A stretch of DNA of 64,000 bases. It comes from Dehalococcoidia bacterium (GTDB taxonomy: Bacteria > Chloroflexota > Dehalococcoidia > UBA2979). The notes under the pieces were generated by a model, which did no database searches, was not told the DNA's origin, and saw only the letters and a list, made by a program, of their open reading frames with translations. The stretch's first letter is position 1. Every line of letters starts with the position of its first letter. A program made the translations under genes and the position numbers. The stretch lies in NCBI GenBank assembly GCA_965219085.1, contig OZ244720.1, forward strand, positions 1,728,001 to 1,792,000, given 5' to 3'. Positions 1-9,372 of the stretch are shown here, piece after piece.

Positions 1-3000
1 GCTCGAACTGCGCGGCTTCACGTCGTTCAAGGAGCCCGCCACGCTCGACTTCGAGGGGCGCCGGCTGTTCGCGATCACCGGCCCGACGGGCGCCGGCAAG
101 TCCTCGCTGCTCGACGCGATGACGTGGGCGCTCTACGGGCAGGTGCCGCGCGTGGGTCGCGAGACGCGGCAACTGATCACGCACGGCGCGAAGGCCATGG
201 CCGTGCAGTTCGACTTCAGCGTGCGCGGCACGCGCTACCGCGTGAGCCGCCAGGCCCCGGGCAACCTCGGCGCGCGCCTCGAGCGGCTGCGCGCAGACAA
301 CGTGTGGGAGCCGCTCGAGGACCGCGCGCGCGAGGTGACCCGGCGCATCGAGGAGCTGATCGGGCTCGACTACACGACGTTCACGAAGACGGTGCTGCTA
401 CCGCAGGGCGCCTTTGACACGTTTCTGCGCGGAGACGAGTCGCAGCGCCGCGACATCCTGACGCGCCTGCTCGGCCTCGGCCGCTACGAGGAGGCCGGCC
501 GCGCCTCACGCAACCGCGCCGCGGGCGCACGGAGCGCGGCGGACGCGCTCCGCGAGCAGATCGAACGCCTCGACGCCGCCTCTCCCGAGGCGATCGCCCA
601 CCTCGAACGCGCGCACGCGGCGTTGGCCGCGCGCGCCGAGGCGCTCGACGCGCGCACGGGCCTGCTTACCGCGCTCGCCGAGGAGGCCCATGCGAGTACG
701 GAGGCCGAGTCGGCCGCGGCCCGCGCCGCCGTCGCCAGCGCTGAGGCGACACGCGACGCGGAGGCCGCCCGTGACGCCCTCGCCACCGCCGTGCAGGGCC
801 ACGAGCATGCGCAGTCGGAGCACGCCCGCCTCGACGCGGAGCGGACGGCCCTCGGCTACGACGAGCCCTCGCACCGCCGCCTCGAGCGCGAGGCGCAGAT
901 GCTTGAGCAGCGCGAGGCCGCCCGGCGCGCCCTCGTCGCCGCCGAGGCGGAGCAGCGCGCGGCCATCGAGGACGCCGAGCGCGCCGTCGAGGAGGCGGCC
1001 CGCCTGCGCGGCGAGGCTGGCCGCGCCGATGCGGCGCGCGAACAGGCGGCCGAGACGCAGCGCCTTGCCCTCGCCGCCCTTGCAACAGCGGCTGCGGCCT
1101 CGCTCGCCACCGAGCGGGCGCTCGGCGAAGCGGCGAACGCGGCCGACGACGAGCGCGTTGCCGCCGAGCGCGCCGCCGCCGACCGCGACGGCGAGGCACG
1201 CCGCCTCGCCGCCCTCGCCGAGCGCCTGCGCGCGCAGCAGGCGGTGCTCGTCACCGCGGAGCGGGAGCACGAGGAGTCGAGCGCGGCGCACGCGGTCGCC
1301 CGGCACGCCTCGGACGCCGCGGACGTGCGCCTGCGCGCCGCCGAGGCGGAGCGCGCGTCGAGCGCGGACGCGTTCGACGCAGCGCAGCGGCAGGACGCGG
1401 CGCTCGCGCTGCAGCGCGGGCTCCAGCCCGGCGACCCGTGCCCGGTCTGCGGCGAGCCCATCGGCCACATCGAGCTGCACCCCGCGCCGGAACTCGACGC
1501 GGCCCGTGCAGCCCTCGACGCATCCGAGAGCGCGCTGCGCGAGGCGCGCGCCGTGCAGGCCGCGGCCGCGACGGCTCTCGCAGCGGCCGAGGCGAACGCG
1601 ACGCAGGCCTCGGCCGCCCTCGATCGCGCGAACAGCGACGTCGCGGCCATGCGCGCCGAAGCCGCGCAGTCCGGCATCGACGCCGACGCCCTCGCCGAGG
1701 CGATCGAGGGGGCAACCGCCGCCGCAGCCGCCGAACGCGCCCGCGCCGCCGAGGCCGCGGCCGCGCGCACACGCGCGGGCGAGGCAGCGGGCGCACTCGG
1801 CCTGCTGCGTGCCTCCATCGGCGCCGCGCTCGACGACCTCGGCGTGGAGCCGGGGGAAGCGGGTGAACCCGATGCGGTGCGGGTCGCCCTCGCAGGGGCA
1901 ATCGAGGGCCACCGGACCGCGAGTGCGGAGGCCGCATCGGCGGTTGAGCGCGCCCGAGCGGCAGGCCAGCGCTCGCGCAACGCCGACTCGGATGTCGCGC
2001 GCGCGAGTGACCGCCGCACGCGGGCGGACGCCGAACTGGCCCGCGCCGGCGACCACCTCGCTTCGCTCGGCGGCGCGGACATCGACGCCGACGCCGTACG
2101 GGCCGCACTCGCCGCCGCGCAGCGGCAGGCCGCGCGTCACCGCGAGATCGAGGCAGCGATCGGCGCGGCCGGGCAGGAACTGGCCGGCGCCGACGCACGC
2201 GTCGAGGCGGCGCGCGAAGCCCTCACCCGCGCGGAGGGGGCCGTCGAGCGTCGAACCGCTGAGGCTGACGCCGCGCGCGCTGTCGCCGGCGAGGCGCGCG
2301 AGCGGCTCGGCGCGGCGTGGACGGCCGCCGGCGTCGAGGGGACACCCGAGGCTGGGCGCGTGGCCGGGCTCATCGAGGAGCACCGTGCCGCGCTGGCTGC
2401 ATGCGAGCGCGAGCGAGACCTCGCGGCCCAGCGACTGGCGACCGCGCGGGCGGACGCGGAGCGCGCGGCGCAGATGCGCGCCGACGCCGAGGTATACGAC
2501 GGCAACGCGCAGCTCGCCGACTCGCTCGCCCTCGAACTCCGCCGCGACCGCTTCATCGCCTACGTGCAGCGCGAGGCGATGCACCTCCTCGCCGCCGATG
2601 CCGGTGAGCGGCTGCTCACGCTGTCGAGCGGGCGCTACCGCCTCGTCGTGCGCGACGAGGCGTTCTGGGTCGTCGACCGCCTCAACGGCGACGAGCGGCG
2701 TTCGGTGAGAACGCTCTCGGGGGGCGAGACGTTCCTCGCGAGTCTTGCGCTCGCCCTCGCGCTGTCCGAGCGGCTGCCGGAGATCGCGGGGCGCGGCGGG
2801 GCGATGTCGCTCGAATCGCTGTTCCTGGACGAAGGCTTCGGGGCGCTCGACCAGGACTCGCTCGACACCGCCATCGGGGGCCTCGAGACGCTCGCGGGCG
2901 GGCAGCGGCTCATCGGCGTGATCTCCCACATCCCCGAGGTCGCCGAACGCCTGCCCGACCGCGTCGAGGTGGTGCGGAACGGCGCAACCAGCCGCCTCGT

Positions 3001-3058
3001 CACGCCGAGTGCCGCCGCGGAGGCCGAGAGCGAGCCCTCGCTGGCCGCTTCGCAATGA
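1..3058 (+). CDS. sbcC: SbcC/Rad50-like SMC ATPase (5' end lies outside the window)
   Basis: The frame is open from base 2 (LELRGFTSFKEP...AITGPTGAGKSSLLDAM, Walker A). It has a long coiled coil, a CPVCG zinc hook, the LSGGE signature and FLDEGFG Walker B. Confidence 0.93.
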   Translation, partial: LELRGFTSFKEPATLDFEGRRLFAITGPTGAGKSSLLDAMTWALYGQVPRVGRETRQLITHGAKAMAVQFDFSVRGTRYRVSRQAPGNLGARLERLRADNVWEPLEDRAREVTRRIEELIGLDYTTFTKTVLLPQGAFDTFLRGDESQRRDILTRLLGLGRYEEAGRASRNRAAGARSAADALREQIERLDAASPEAIAHLERAHAALAARAEALDARTGLLTALAEEAHASTEAESAAARAAVASAEATRDAEAARDALATAVQGHEHAQSEHARLDAERTALGYDEPSHRRLEREAQMLEQREAARRALVAAEAEQRAAIEDAERAVEEAARLRGEAGRADAAREQAAETQRLALAALATAAAASLATERALGEAANAADDERVAAERAAADRDGEARRLAALAERLRAQQAVLVTAEREHEESSAAHAVARHASDAADVRLRAAEAERASSADAFDAAQRQDAALALQRGLQPGDPCPVCGEPIGHIELHPAPELDAARAALDASESALREARAVQAAAATALAAAEANATQASAALDRANSDVAAMRAEAAQSGIDADALAEAIEGATAAAAAERARAAEAAAARTRAGEAAGALGLLRASIGAALDDLGVEPGEAGEPDAVRVALAGAIEGHRTASAEAASAVERARAAGQRSRNADSDVARASDRRTRADAELARAGDHLASLGGADIDADAVRAALAAAQRQAARHREIEAAIGAAGQELAGADARVEAAREALTRAEGAVERRTAEADAARAVAGEARERLGAAWTAAGVEGTPEAGRVAGLIEEHRAALAACERERDLAAQRLATARADAERAAQMRADAEVYDGNAQLADSLALELRRDRFIAYVQREAMHLLAADAGERLLTLSSGRYRLVVRDEAFWVVDRLNGDERRSVRTLSGGETFLASLALALALSERLPEIAGRGGAMSLESLFLDEGFGALDQDSLDTAIGGLETLAGGQRLIGVISHIPEVAERLPDRVEVVRNGATSRLVTPSAAAEAESEPSLAASQ

Positions 3059-3139
3059 GTAGAAGAGAGGTGCTGGATGTGGGCGGTCCGGCCGCCCGGA
3101 TCCAGCTTGCGGCCCACCCCGCCTCCAGCGAGGTGAGCC

Positions 3140-4673
3140 GTGGCGAACATCCTGGTCCTCGGCGCGAGCGGGTACGTGGGGACGCACCTCGTCCCCGAGC
3201 TGGCGGCGCGCGGCCACCGTGTGCGCGCCTCCTCGCGGCGTCGCGACACCCTCGAGGCGCGCGGGTGGGAGGGCGTCGAGGTCGTCGCCGCCGACGCGCT
3301 CGACCCCGTCTCGCTCGATGTCGCGCTCGACGGCATCGAGATTGCGTACTACCTGGTGCACTCGATGGCAGCGGGGCGGCGCTTCGCCGAGCTCGACCGC
3401 CGCGCTGCGACCACGTTCCGCGAGGCTGCGGAGCGCGCGGGTGTGCGGCGCATCGTCTACCTCGGTGGGCTGTAGCCGGAGGGCGAGGCGTCCTCGCACC
3501 TGCGCTCGCGGCGTGAGGACCGGCGAGCTGCTGCGCGCCGGCCCGGTGCCGGTGACCGAGCTGCGCGCCGGGATTGTCGTCGGGCCCGGCTCCGCGGCGT
3601 TCGAGGTGATCCGCGGCCTCGTCTACCACCTGCGGGTCATGGTCACGCCGCGCTGGGTGCGCTCGCGCAGCCAGCCGATCGCCGTCGACGACCTCATCGC
3701 CTGCCTCGTGCGCCTGCCGGACCACGAGGAGACGGCGGGCGAGATCTACGACGCGGTGGGGCTGGAGACGCTGACCTACGAGGAGCTCATGCGGCAATTC
3801 GCGCGTGGCGCGGCGGCGGCTCTTCATCCTCTGGGTCCCGGTGCTCAGCCCGAAGCTGTCCTCGTACTGGCTCGACCTCATCACGGCCGCGCCGGCGAGC
3901 GTCGCGCGGCCGCTCATCGACGGCCTCGCCCACGACCTGGTCTCGACGGAGCCGTGGCCGCTGCGCGAGGCGATCCCGATCCGGCTGCACACCTGCGAGC
4001 AGGCCGTCCGTGCCGCCTCGCCGAGGAGGAGGCCGTCGGCCCGCCCGCGCGCTGGACGGAGGGCGCGTTCAGGCTCCGTCAGCGCCGCCACGACATCTCC
4101 TTCTACGACAAGCGCGCCCGCTCCGAAGCACGCACCGCGGCGTCGCCCGAGGCGGTGTGGGCCGAGGTTTCCGCCATCGGCGGCGATCGCGACTGGTACT
4201 ACGCCGACCGCCTGTAGTGGCTGCGAGGGCTCCTCGACCGGCTTGCCGGCGGGGTGGGGATGCGGCGCGGACGCCGCGACCCGCTCGACCTCCGCGTCGG
4301 CGACGCACTCGACTGGTGGCGCGTCGAGGCGGTCGAGCCGGGCCGGCGGATGACGCTGCTCGCCGAGATGAAGCTGCCCGGCTCCGCCGTGCTCGAGTTC
4401 GTCGTATCGGCGGACGGCGACGGCTCGCGCATCACGACCCAGGCGCACTTCCACCCCGCGGGCATGCCGGGCCTGCTGTACTGGTACGCGCTCTGGCCCA
4501 TCCACCGCCGCATCTTCGACGGGCTCACACGCGCCATCGCCGAGCGCGCCGAAACCGTGTCGCGCGCGTCGGGCGACATGCCGGACGCCGCCGCCTCGGC
4601 CTGCCCGCTCGCCTCGCCCTCGCGCGGCGTGTTCGGCGCGACGCCGATCGCGTGCGATAATCCCCGCTCGTGA
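3140..4673 (+). pseudogene. YbjT-like NAD(P)-binding/DUF2867 oxidoreductase, disrupted
   Basis: N-terminal GASGYVG Rossmann motif and C-terminal AEMKLPG...GLLYWYALWPIH. Broken by TAG at 3473-3475 and 4215-4217 and by frameshifts near 3517, 3805 and 4018. Confidence 0.85.
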
Positions 4674-4686
4674 GCCCGAGGAGCGA

Positions 4687-5913
4687 TTGATGGTGGATCT
4701 GCCGCTTTCGGATGTGCGCGTGCTCGACCTGAGCTGGCACGTGGCCGGGCCGTACTGCACGCGCGTGCTCGGCGACTACGGCGCCGACGTGGTGAAGGTC
4801 GAGCGCCCCGCCGAGGGCGACCCCGCGCGGCTCATGCCGCCGTTCCACGAAGACGAGCCGGGCATCGAGCGCTCGGCGCTGTTCCTGCACCTCAACACCA
4901 ACAAGCGCTCGATCGCCATCGACCTGCGCTCCGAGGCGGGACGCGACACCGTGCTGCGGCTCGCCGAGTGGGCCGACGTGGTGATCGAGAGCTTCAGCCC
5001 CGACGTCCTGCCCTCGCTCGGGCTGGGCTACGAGGAGCTGCGCGCGGTGAACCCCCGGCTCGTCGTCACCTCGATCACCAACTACGGGCAGAGCGGACCC
5101 TATCGCGACTGGGCGGGCTCGACGCTGACGATCTGGGGCATGGGCGGCCCGATGCTCTACACCGGCAGCCCGAACCGCGAGCCGCTCAAGACCGCGGGCC
5201 ACACGCCCGCCTACCAGGTTGGCGCGACGGCCGCCGCCGCCACCTCGATCGCGCTGTGGGGCGCCGAGGCGAGCCGCGAGGGCGACCACCTGGACGTCAA
5301 TTTCTTCGAGACCTTCATGGGCCTCATCGACCGGCGCACGACGAGCCTGCTCAACTTCCAGCACACCGGCGAGGTGACGAGCCGCCCGCCGGCGGGCCAG
5401 ACGCCCGGTTCGGGCATCTGGCCGACGGGCGACGGCGGCTTCTTCTTCACCACCGTCATCGGGCCGCGCTGGGCGGCGATGGCCCGCATGATCGGCCACG
5501 AGGAGCTGCTCGACGACCCGCAGTGGATGGATCCGGCGTGGCGCGCCGGCGCGGAGCAGATTGCCGCGTTCGCCGAGCTCACCGGCGAGTGGATGCTCAG
5601 CCACTCGAAGCTTGAGATCCGCCAGGCGTTCGAGGATGCTGGCGTCTATGGAGGTCCCGTAAACACCATCGCCGACGTGCAGCGCGACCCGCACTTCACC
5701 GAGCGCGAGTTCTTCGAAACCATCGACCACCCGACGACCGGGCCGCTTACCTACCCGGGCCGCACCTACCGATCGAGCGCCCACGGCTGGCCGCCGCCGC
5801 CACGGCAGCGCGCCCCGCTGCTCGGCGAGCACACCGACGAGATCCTCGGCGAGGCGCTCGGCCTCGACGCCGCCGCAATCGAGGACCTGCGCAAGGAGGG
5901 GGCCGTCTCGTGA
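4687..5913 (+). CDS. CoA-transferase family III (CaiB/BaiF)
   Basis: VRVLDLS..AGPYCT..LGDYGADVVKVE, NTNKRSI.IDL and APLLGEHT motifs. Confidence 0.93.
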   Translation: MMVDLPLSDVRVLDLSWHVAGPYCTRVLGDYGADVVKVERPAEGDPARLMPPFHEDEPGIERSALFLHLNTNKRSIAIDLRSEAGRDTVLRLAEWADVVIESFSPDVLPSLGLGYEELRAVNPRLVVTSITNYGQSGPYRDWAGSTLTIWGMGGPMLYTGSPNREPLKTAGHTPAYQVGATAAAATSIALWGAEASREGDHLDVNFFETFMGLIDRRTTSLLNFQHTGEVTSRPPAGQTPGSGIWPTGDGGFFFTTVIGPRWAAMARMIGHEELLDDPQWMDPAWRAGAEQIAAFAELTGEWMLSHSKLEIRQAFEDAGVYGGPVNTIADVQRDPHFTEREFFETIDHPTTGPLTYPGRTYRSSAHGWPPPPRQRAPLLGEHTDEILGEALGLDAAAIEDLRKEGAVS

Positions 5914-7241
5914 CCAACGGACAGATCCCGCAAGACCGTTCGACGAGCGGACTCCCGCTCGAAGGCATCCGCATCCTCGACTTCACCGTCGTCTGGGCCG
6001 GGCCCTACGCGACGCAACTATTGGCGGAGTGGGGGGCTGAGATCATCCGCGTCGAGTCGACGCAGTTCTTCCCCTCGACGACTCGAGGGGGGAGCGCGCG
6101 CCCCACCAGGGCGATGGTGATGGCGGGCGGGATCGGCGGCGGCTACCCCGACTTCGACCCGGGACCGCGACCCTGGAACCGTGCCGCGCTGTTCAACACC
6201 CACGCCCGCAACAAGCACTCGATGACCGTCGACCTGACCCGCCCCGAGGGGCAGGAGGTGTTTCACCGCCTCGTCGCCGTCTCCGACGGGATCATCGAGA
6301 ACAACGCGCCCAACACCATGGAGCGCGCGGGGGTCTCCTGGGAGCGCCTCTCGAAGGTCAACCCGCGCCTGATCCTCGTGCGCATGCCCGCGTTCGGGCT
6401 CACGGGTCCGTACCGCGCCTACCGTACGTTCGGCAGCCACATGGAGTCCGTCGTCGGGCACTACTCGGTCTTCGGCTACCCGGGCGCGCAGGCCGACGAG
6501 AGCGGCACGAGCCTGCTCGCCGACCCGGCGGCCGGGGTCTCGGGCGCGATGGCGTTCATGGCCGGCCTGCGCCACCGCCGCAAGACCGGCGAGGGCCTGC
6601 AGCTCGAGCTCGCCACCGCCGAGAACTTCACCGGCTACCTCGGCGAGTTCATCCTCGACCACTCGATGAATGACCGGCTCGCCGAGTACCGCGGCAACCG
6701 CGACCTGGTGTACGCGCCGCAGGGCGTGTACCCCTGCGCCGGCGAGGATCGCTGGATCGCGATCACCATCGGCGCCGACGAGGCCTGGCGCGCGCTGTGC
6801 GGCGTGATGGGCCGCGACGACCTCGCCGCCGACGAGCGCTACGCGACCGTCGAAGGACGGCGCACCGCCCACGATGACATCGACGCCGAGATCATGACCT
6901 GGAGCCTGTTCCAGGACTCGATCGAGGCGATGCAGCAGCTACAGGCGGCGGGTGTCGCGGCGGGCGCGGTGCTGAACGAACGCGACGCCTACGCGGACCC
7001 GCACCTCCGCGAGCGCGGCTACTTCGAGACTCTCGAACATCCCGAGTCGGGGACGTACGAGTACCCCGGCGTGCTGTGGCGGGCCGAGCGCACGCCCAAC
7101 CACCTGCGCCACGCCGCCCCGCGGCTCGGCGAGGACAACGAGTACGTCTACCGCGAGCTGCTCGGCTACTCCGAGGAGGAGTACCGCCACTTCCAGGAGA
7201 CGGGCCACGCCGGGATGGACTACGACCCCTCGATCCCGTAG
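5910..7241 (+). CDS. CoA-transferase family III (CaiB/BaiF), second subunit or paralog
   Basis: IRILDFT.VWAGP, RNKHSMTVDL and APRLGEDN motifs; GTGA overlap with the upstream gene. Confidence 0.93.
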   Translation: MTNGQIPQDRSTSGLPLEGIRILDFTVVWAGPYATQLLAEWGAEIIRVESTQFFPSTTRGGSARPTRAMVMAGGIGGGYPDFDPGPRPWNRAALFNTHARNKHSMTVDLTRPEGQEVFHRLVAVSDGIIENNAPNTMERAGVSWERLSKVNPRLILVRMPAFGLTGPYRAYRTFGSHMESVVGHYSVFGYPGAQADESGTSLLADPAAGVSGAMAFMAGLRHRRKTGEGLQLELATAENFTGYLGEFILDHSMNDRLAEYRGNRDLVYAPQGVYPCAGEDRWIAITIGADEAWRALCGVMGRDDLAADERYATVEGRRTAHDDIDAEIMTWSLFQDSIEAMQQLQAAGVAAGAVLNERDAYADPHLRERGYFETLEHPESGTYEYPGVLWRAERTPNHLRHAAPRLGEDNEYVYRELLGYSEEEYRHFQETGHAGMDYDPSIP

Positions 7242-7446
7242 CGGGACGCCACTCGCACACGACCTGGGCGCGGATCCCAGCCGGCCAGTCCTCGGTCTTA
7301 TAACGTTCGGGAACGACAACATCTACTATCCCGACAAGCGTAGGATGACGACGTGCTCGCGGGAGCGGCCCACAGGCGCAACCTGCGTCTGATCCGGGCG
7401 ATATGCGCGGGCGGCCCTTCCGCGGCGCCGCGGAGGGAGGGCCTTC

Positions 7447-9261
7447 ATGGCGAGCGATCTACAGCAAACAGAGCAGTGGTGGGCGTCACTGCACGACCGG
7501 CGCACGCTGTTGCGGGGTGCGCTACTCGGAGGAGCCGGCCTCGCCGCGGCAGCCCTGATCGGCTGTGGCGGCGATGACGACGACGACGACGATGATGATG
7601 CGGCGGTGGCTCCGGTTGCGACGGCCACGCAGGCCGTAGCGGCCACGGACGCAGCCGCGCCCGACGAGCCGGAGGGGCTCGTCACGCCGGCCGGCAACGT
7701 GATCCCGCTGCAGTTCCCCGAACCGGCGGGGGCCACCCCGAAGCCGGGCGGCGTACTCAAGCAGGCCGTGGCGTGGAACGTCGGCCCGATCGACCCGACG
7801 GTGTCTGCGGCCGGCGGCACCATCGGGCCCGGTCGCGCGGCCTATAACCGCGTCATCGGGTTCGTCTCGGGCCCTGATGCAGACCCGTTCAAGATCGAGT
7901 TCCGGCCGGAGCTGGCGGAGTCGTGGGAACGGTCCGAGGATGGGCTGTCCTACACGTTCCACCTCAACGATGGAGTGAAGTTCCACAACGTCGACCCGCT
8001 CGACGGACGCGACTTCACCTCCGGGGACGTGAAGTACGCGTGGGACCGCTACGCGGCGGGTGGGGCGCAGTCGCAGTACTTCACGGCCGTGAGCAGCATC
8101 GAGGCGCCGGACGACCTGACGGTCGTGGTGAACATGAAGTCGCCACAGCCGGACTTCCTCACGCCGATCGCCAGCCGCTACCTCACGATCCACCCGCGCG
8201 AGATCGTCGACGACGGGACGATCGAGCAACGCGCCATCGGCACGGGGCCGATGATCATGCAGGAGTCGTCACCCAGTGAGCGCGTGCTTTATGCCAAGAA
8301 CCCGGACTACTGGCAGCAGGAGGTGCTCCTGGACGGACTCGAGCACCTGGTGATGCAGGATCAGCAGGCCCGGCGCGCCGCGATGCGCGTGAACCAGGTC
8401 GATCACGCGATGATCGTGACCAGCACCGTCGCCGACCTCGACGCGCTCCTCGAGACGAACCCGGACGTGAAGGGGACGTGGAGCCCGACCGTGAACGCGG
8501 GCACGCAGATCGCCTTCAACACGAAGACCGTCTCGGCGTACCAGGACGAGCGTGTGCGGCAGGCGCTGTCGCTGGCGCTGGACCGCGAGTTCATGATCGA
8601 GCTCGCCTACGAGGGCTACGGAGCGCAGGTCTCGACGCTGCCGTGGTTCTTCCTCTTCGACGAGGAGCCGACGCCTGAGTCGGGGCTGCTCGGCAAGTGG
8701 TGGGGCTACCGGCCGGACGAGGCGAAGAAGCTGCTGATGGCCGCGGGCGCCGAGAACCTCTCGTTCGAGATGATCTACCACAACTACGCGGCGACCTGGG
8801 ATCAGCTCGCCGAGATCCTGCAGGAGCAGTTCGGCGCGGTTGGCGTCGACGTCGACGTCACCAAGCTCGACTACACGTCCTACAACTCGCAGCTGATCCA
8901 GGTCACTTACGAGGACGTGATCTACGGCTGGTCCGCGAACGGCTTCGACGCCGACACGTTCTTCTTCGCCCAGATCCACTCCGAGTCCGCGGCTAACCGC
9001 TACAACATCGAGGATCCGCAGATTGACGCGTGGGCGGAGGCGCAGAAGGTCGAGCTCGACCCGGAGGCGCGCAAGGAACTGCACCGCAACATCTGGGATC
9101 GCATGCACGAGCGGGTGTACCGCATCGACATGCCGGCTGCGCAGTACTGGAGCCTCTACCAGCCGTGGCTGCGTGGCGTCCGGTTCGTGGGTCCGCTGGG
9201 CATCAACTACTCGTTCACCGAGATCGCTGCCCAGGTCCAGGACGCCTGGCTCGACAAGTAG
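7447..9261 (+). CDS. ABC transporter solute-binding protein, family 5 (Tat lipoprotein)
   Basis: RRTLL twin-Arg signal, LIGC lipobox, poly-Asp linker, and PELAESWE..DG..YTFHL and IGTGP motifs. Confidence 0.92.
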   Translation: MASDLQQTEQWWASLHDRRTLLRGALLGGAGLAAAALIGCGGDDDDDDDDDAAVAPVATATQAVAATDAAAPDEPEGLVTPAGNVIPLQFPEPAGATPKPGGVLKQAVAWNVGPIDPTVSAAGGTIGPGRAAYNRVIGFVSGPDADPFKIEFRPELAESWERSEDGLSYTFHLNDGVKFHNVDPLDGRDFTSGDVKYAWDRYAAGGAQSQYFTAVSSIEAPDDLTVVVNMKSPQPDFLTPIASRYLTIHPREIVDDGTIEQRAIGTGPMIMQESSPSERVLYAKNPDYWQQEVLLDGLEHLVMQDQQARRAAMRVNQVDHAMIVTSTVADLDALLETNPDVKGTWSPTVNAGTQIAFNTKTVSAYQDERVRQALSLALDREFMIELAYEGYGAQVSTLPWFFLFDEEPTPESGLLGKWWGYRPDEAKKLLMAAGAENLSFEMIYHNYAATWDQLAEILQEQFGAVGVDVDVTKLDYTSYNSQLIQVTYEDVIYGWSANGFDADTFFFAQIHSESAANRYNIEDPQIDAWAEAQKVELDPEARKELHRNIWDRMHERVYRIDMPAAQYWSLYQPWLRGVRFVGPLGINYSFTEIAAQVQDAWLDK

Positions 9262-9304
9262 GCGGCGAGAAGCCCGAGCGAGCGACTCGCTGCATCGGGA
9301 CAAG

Positions 9305-9339
9305 ACTGGGCCCGCTCCCGAACGGGGGGCGGGCCCAGT
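9305..9339. terminator. GC-rich hairpin between convergent genes
   Basis: ACTGGGCCCGCTCCCG-AA-CGGGGGGCGGGCCCAGT inverted repeat. Confidence 0.7.
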
Positions 9340-9372
9340 GGCGTTCTGCCGTTCGTCGCCGTCAGGCGATCG

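Noticed and set aside
506-3499. Long antisense and alternative-frame ORFs (this one, 37299-39629, 45194-47398, 59270-61270 and others)
   Set aside because: Shadow ORFs expected at high GC; they are Arg/Gly/Ala-rich, lack motifs and overlap well-supported genes.
3473-4217. Pyrrolysine or amber read-through at two in-frame TAGs
   Set aside because: The same gene also has several frameshifts, and other genes here use TAG as a normal stop.
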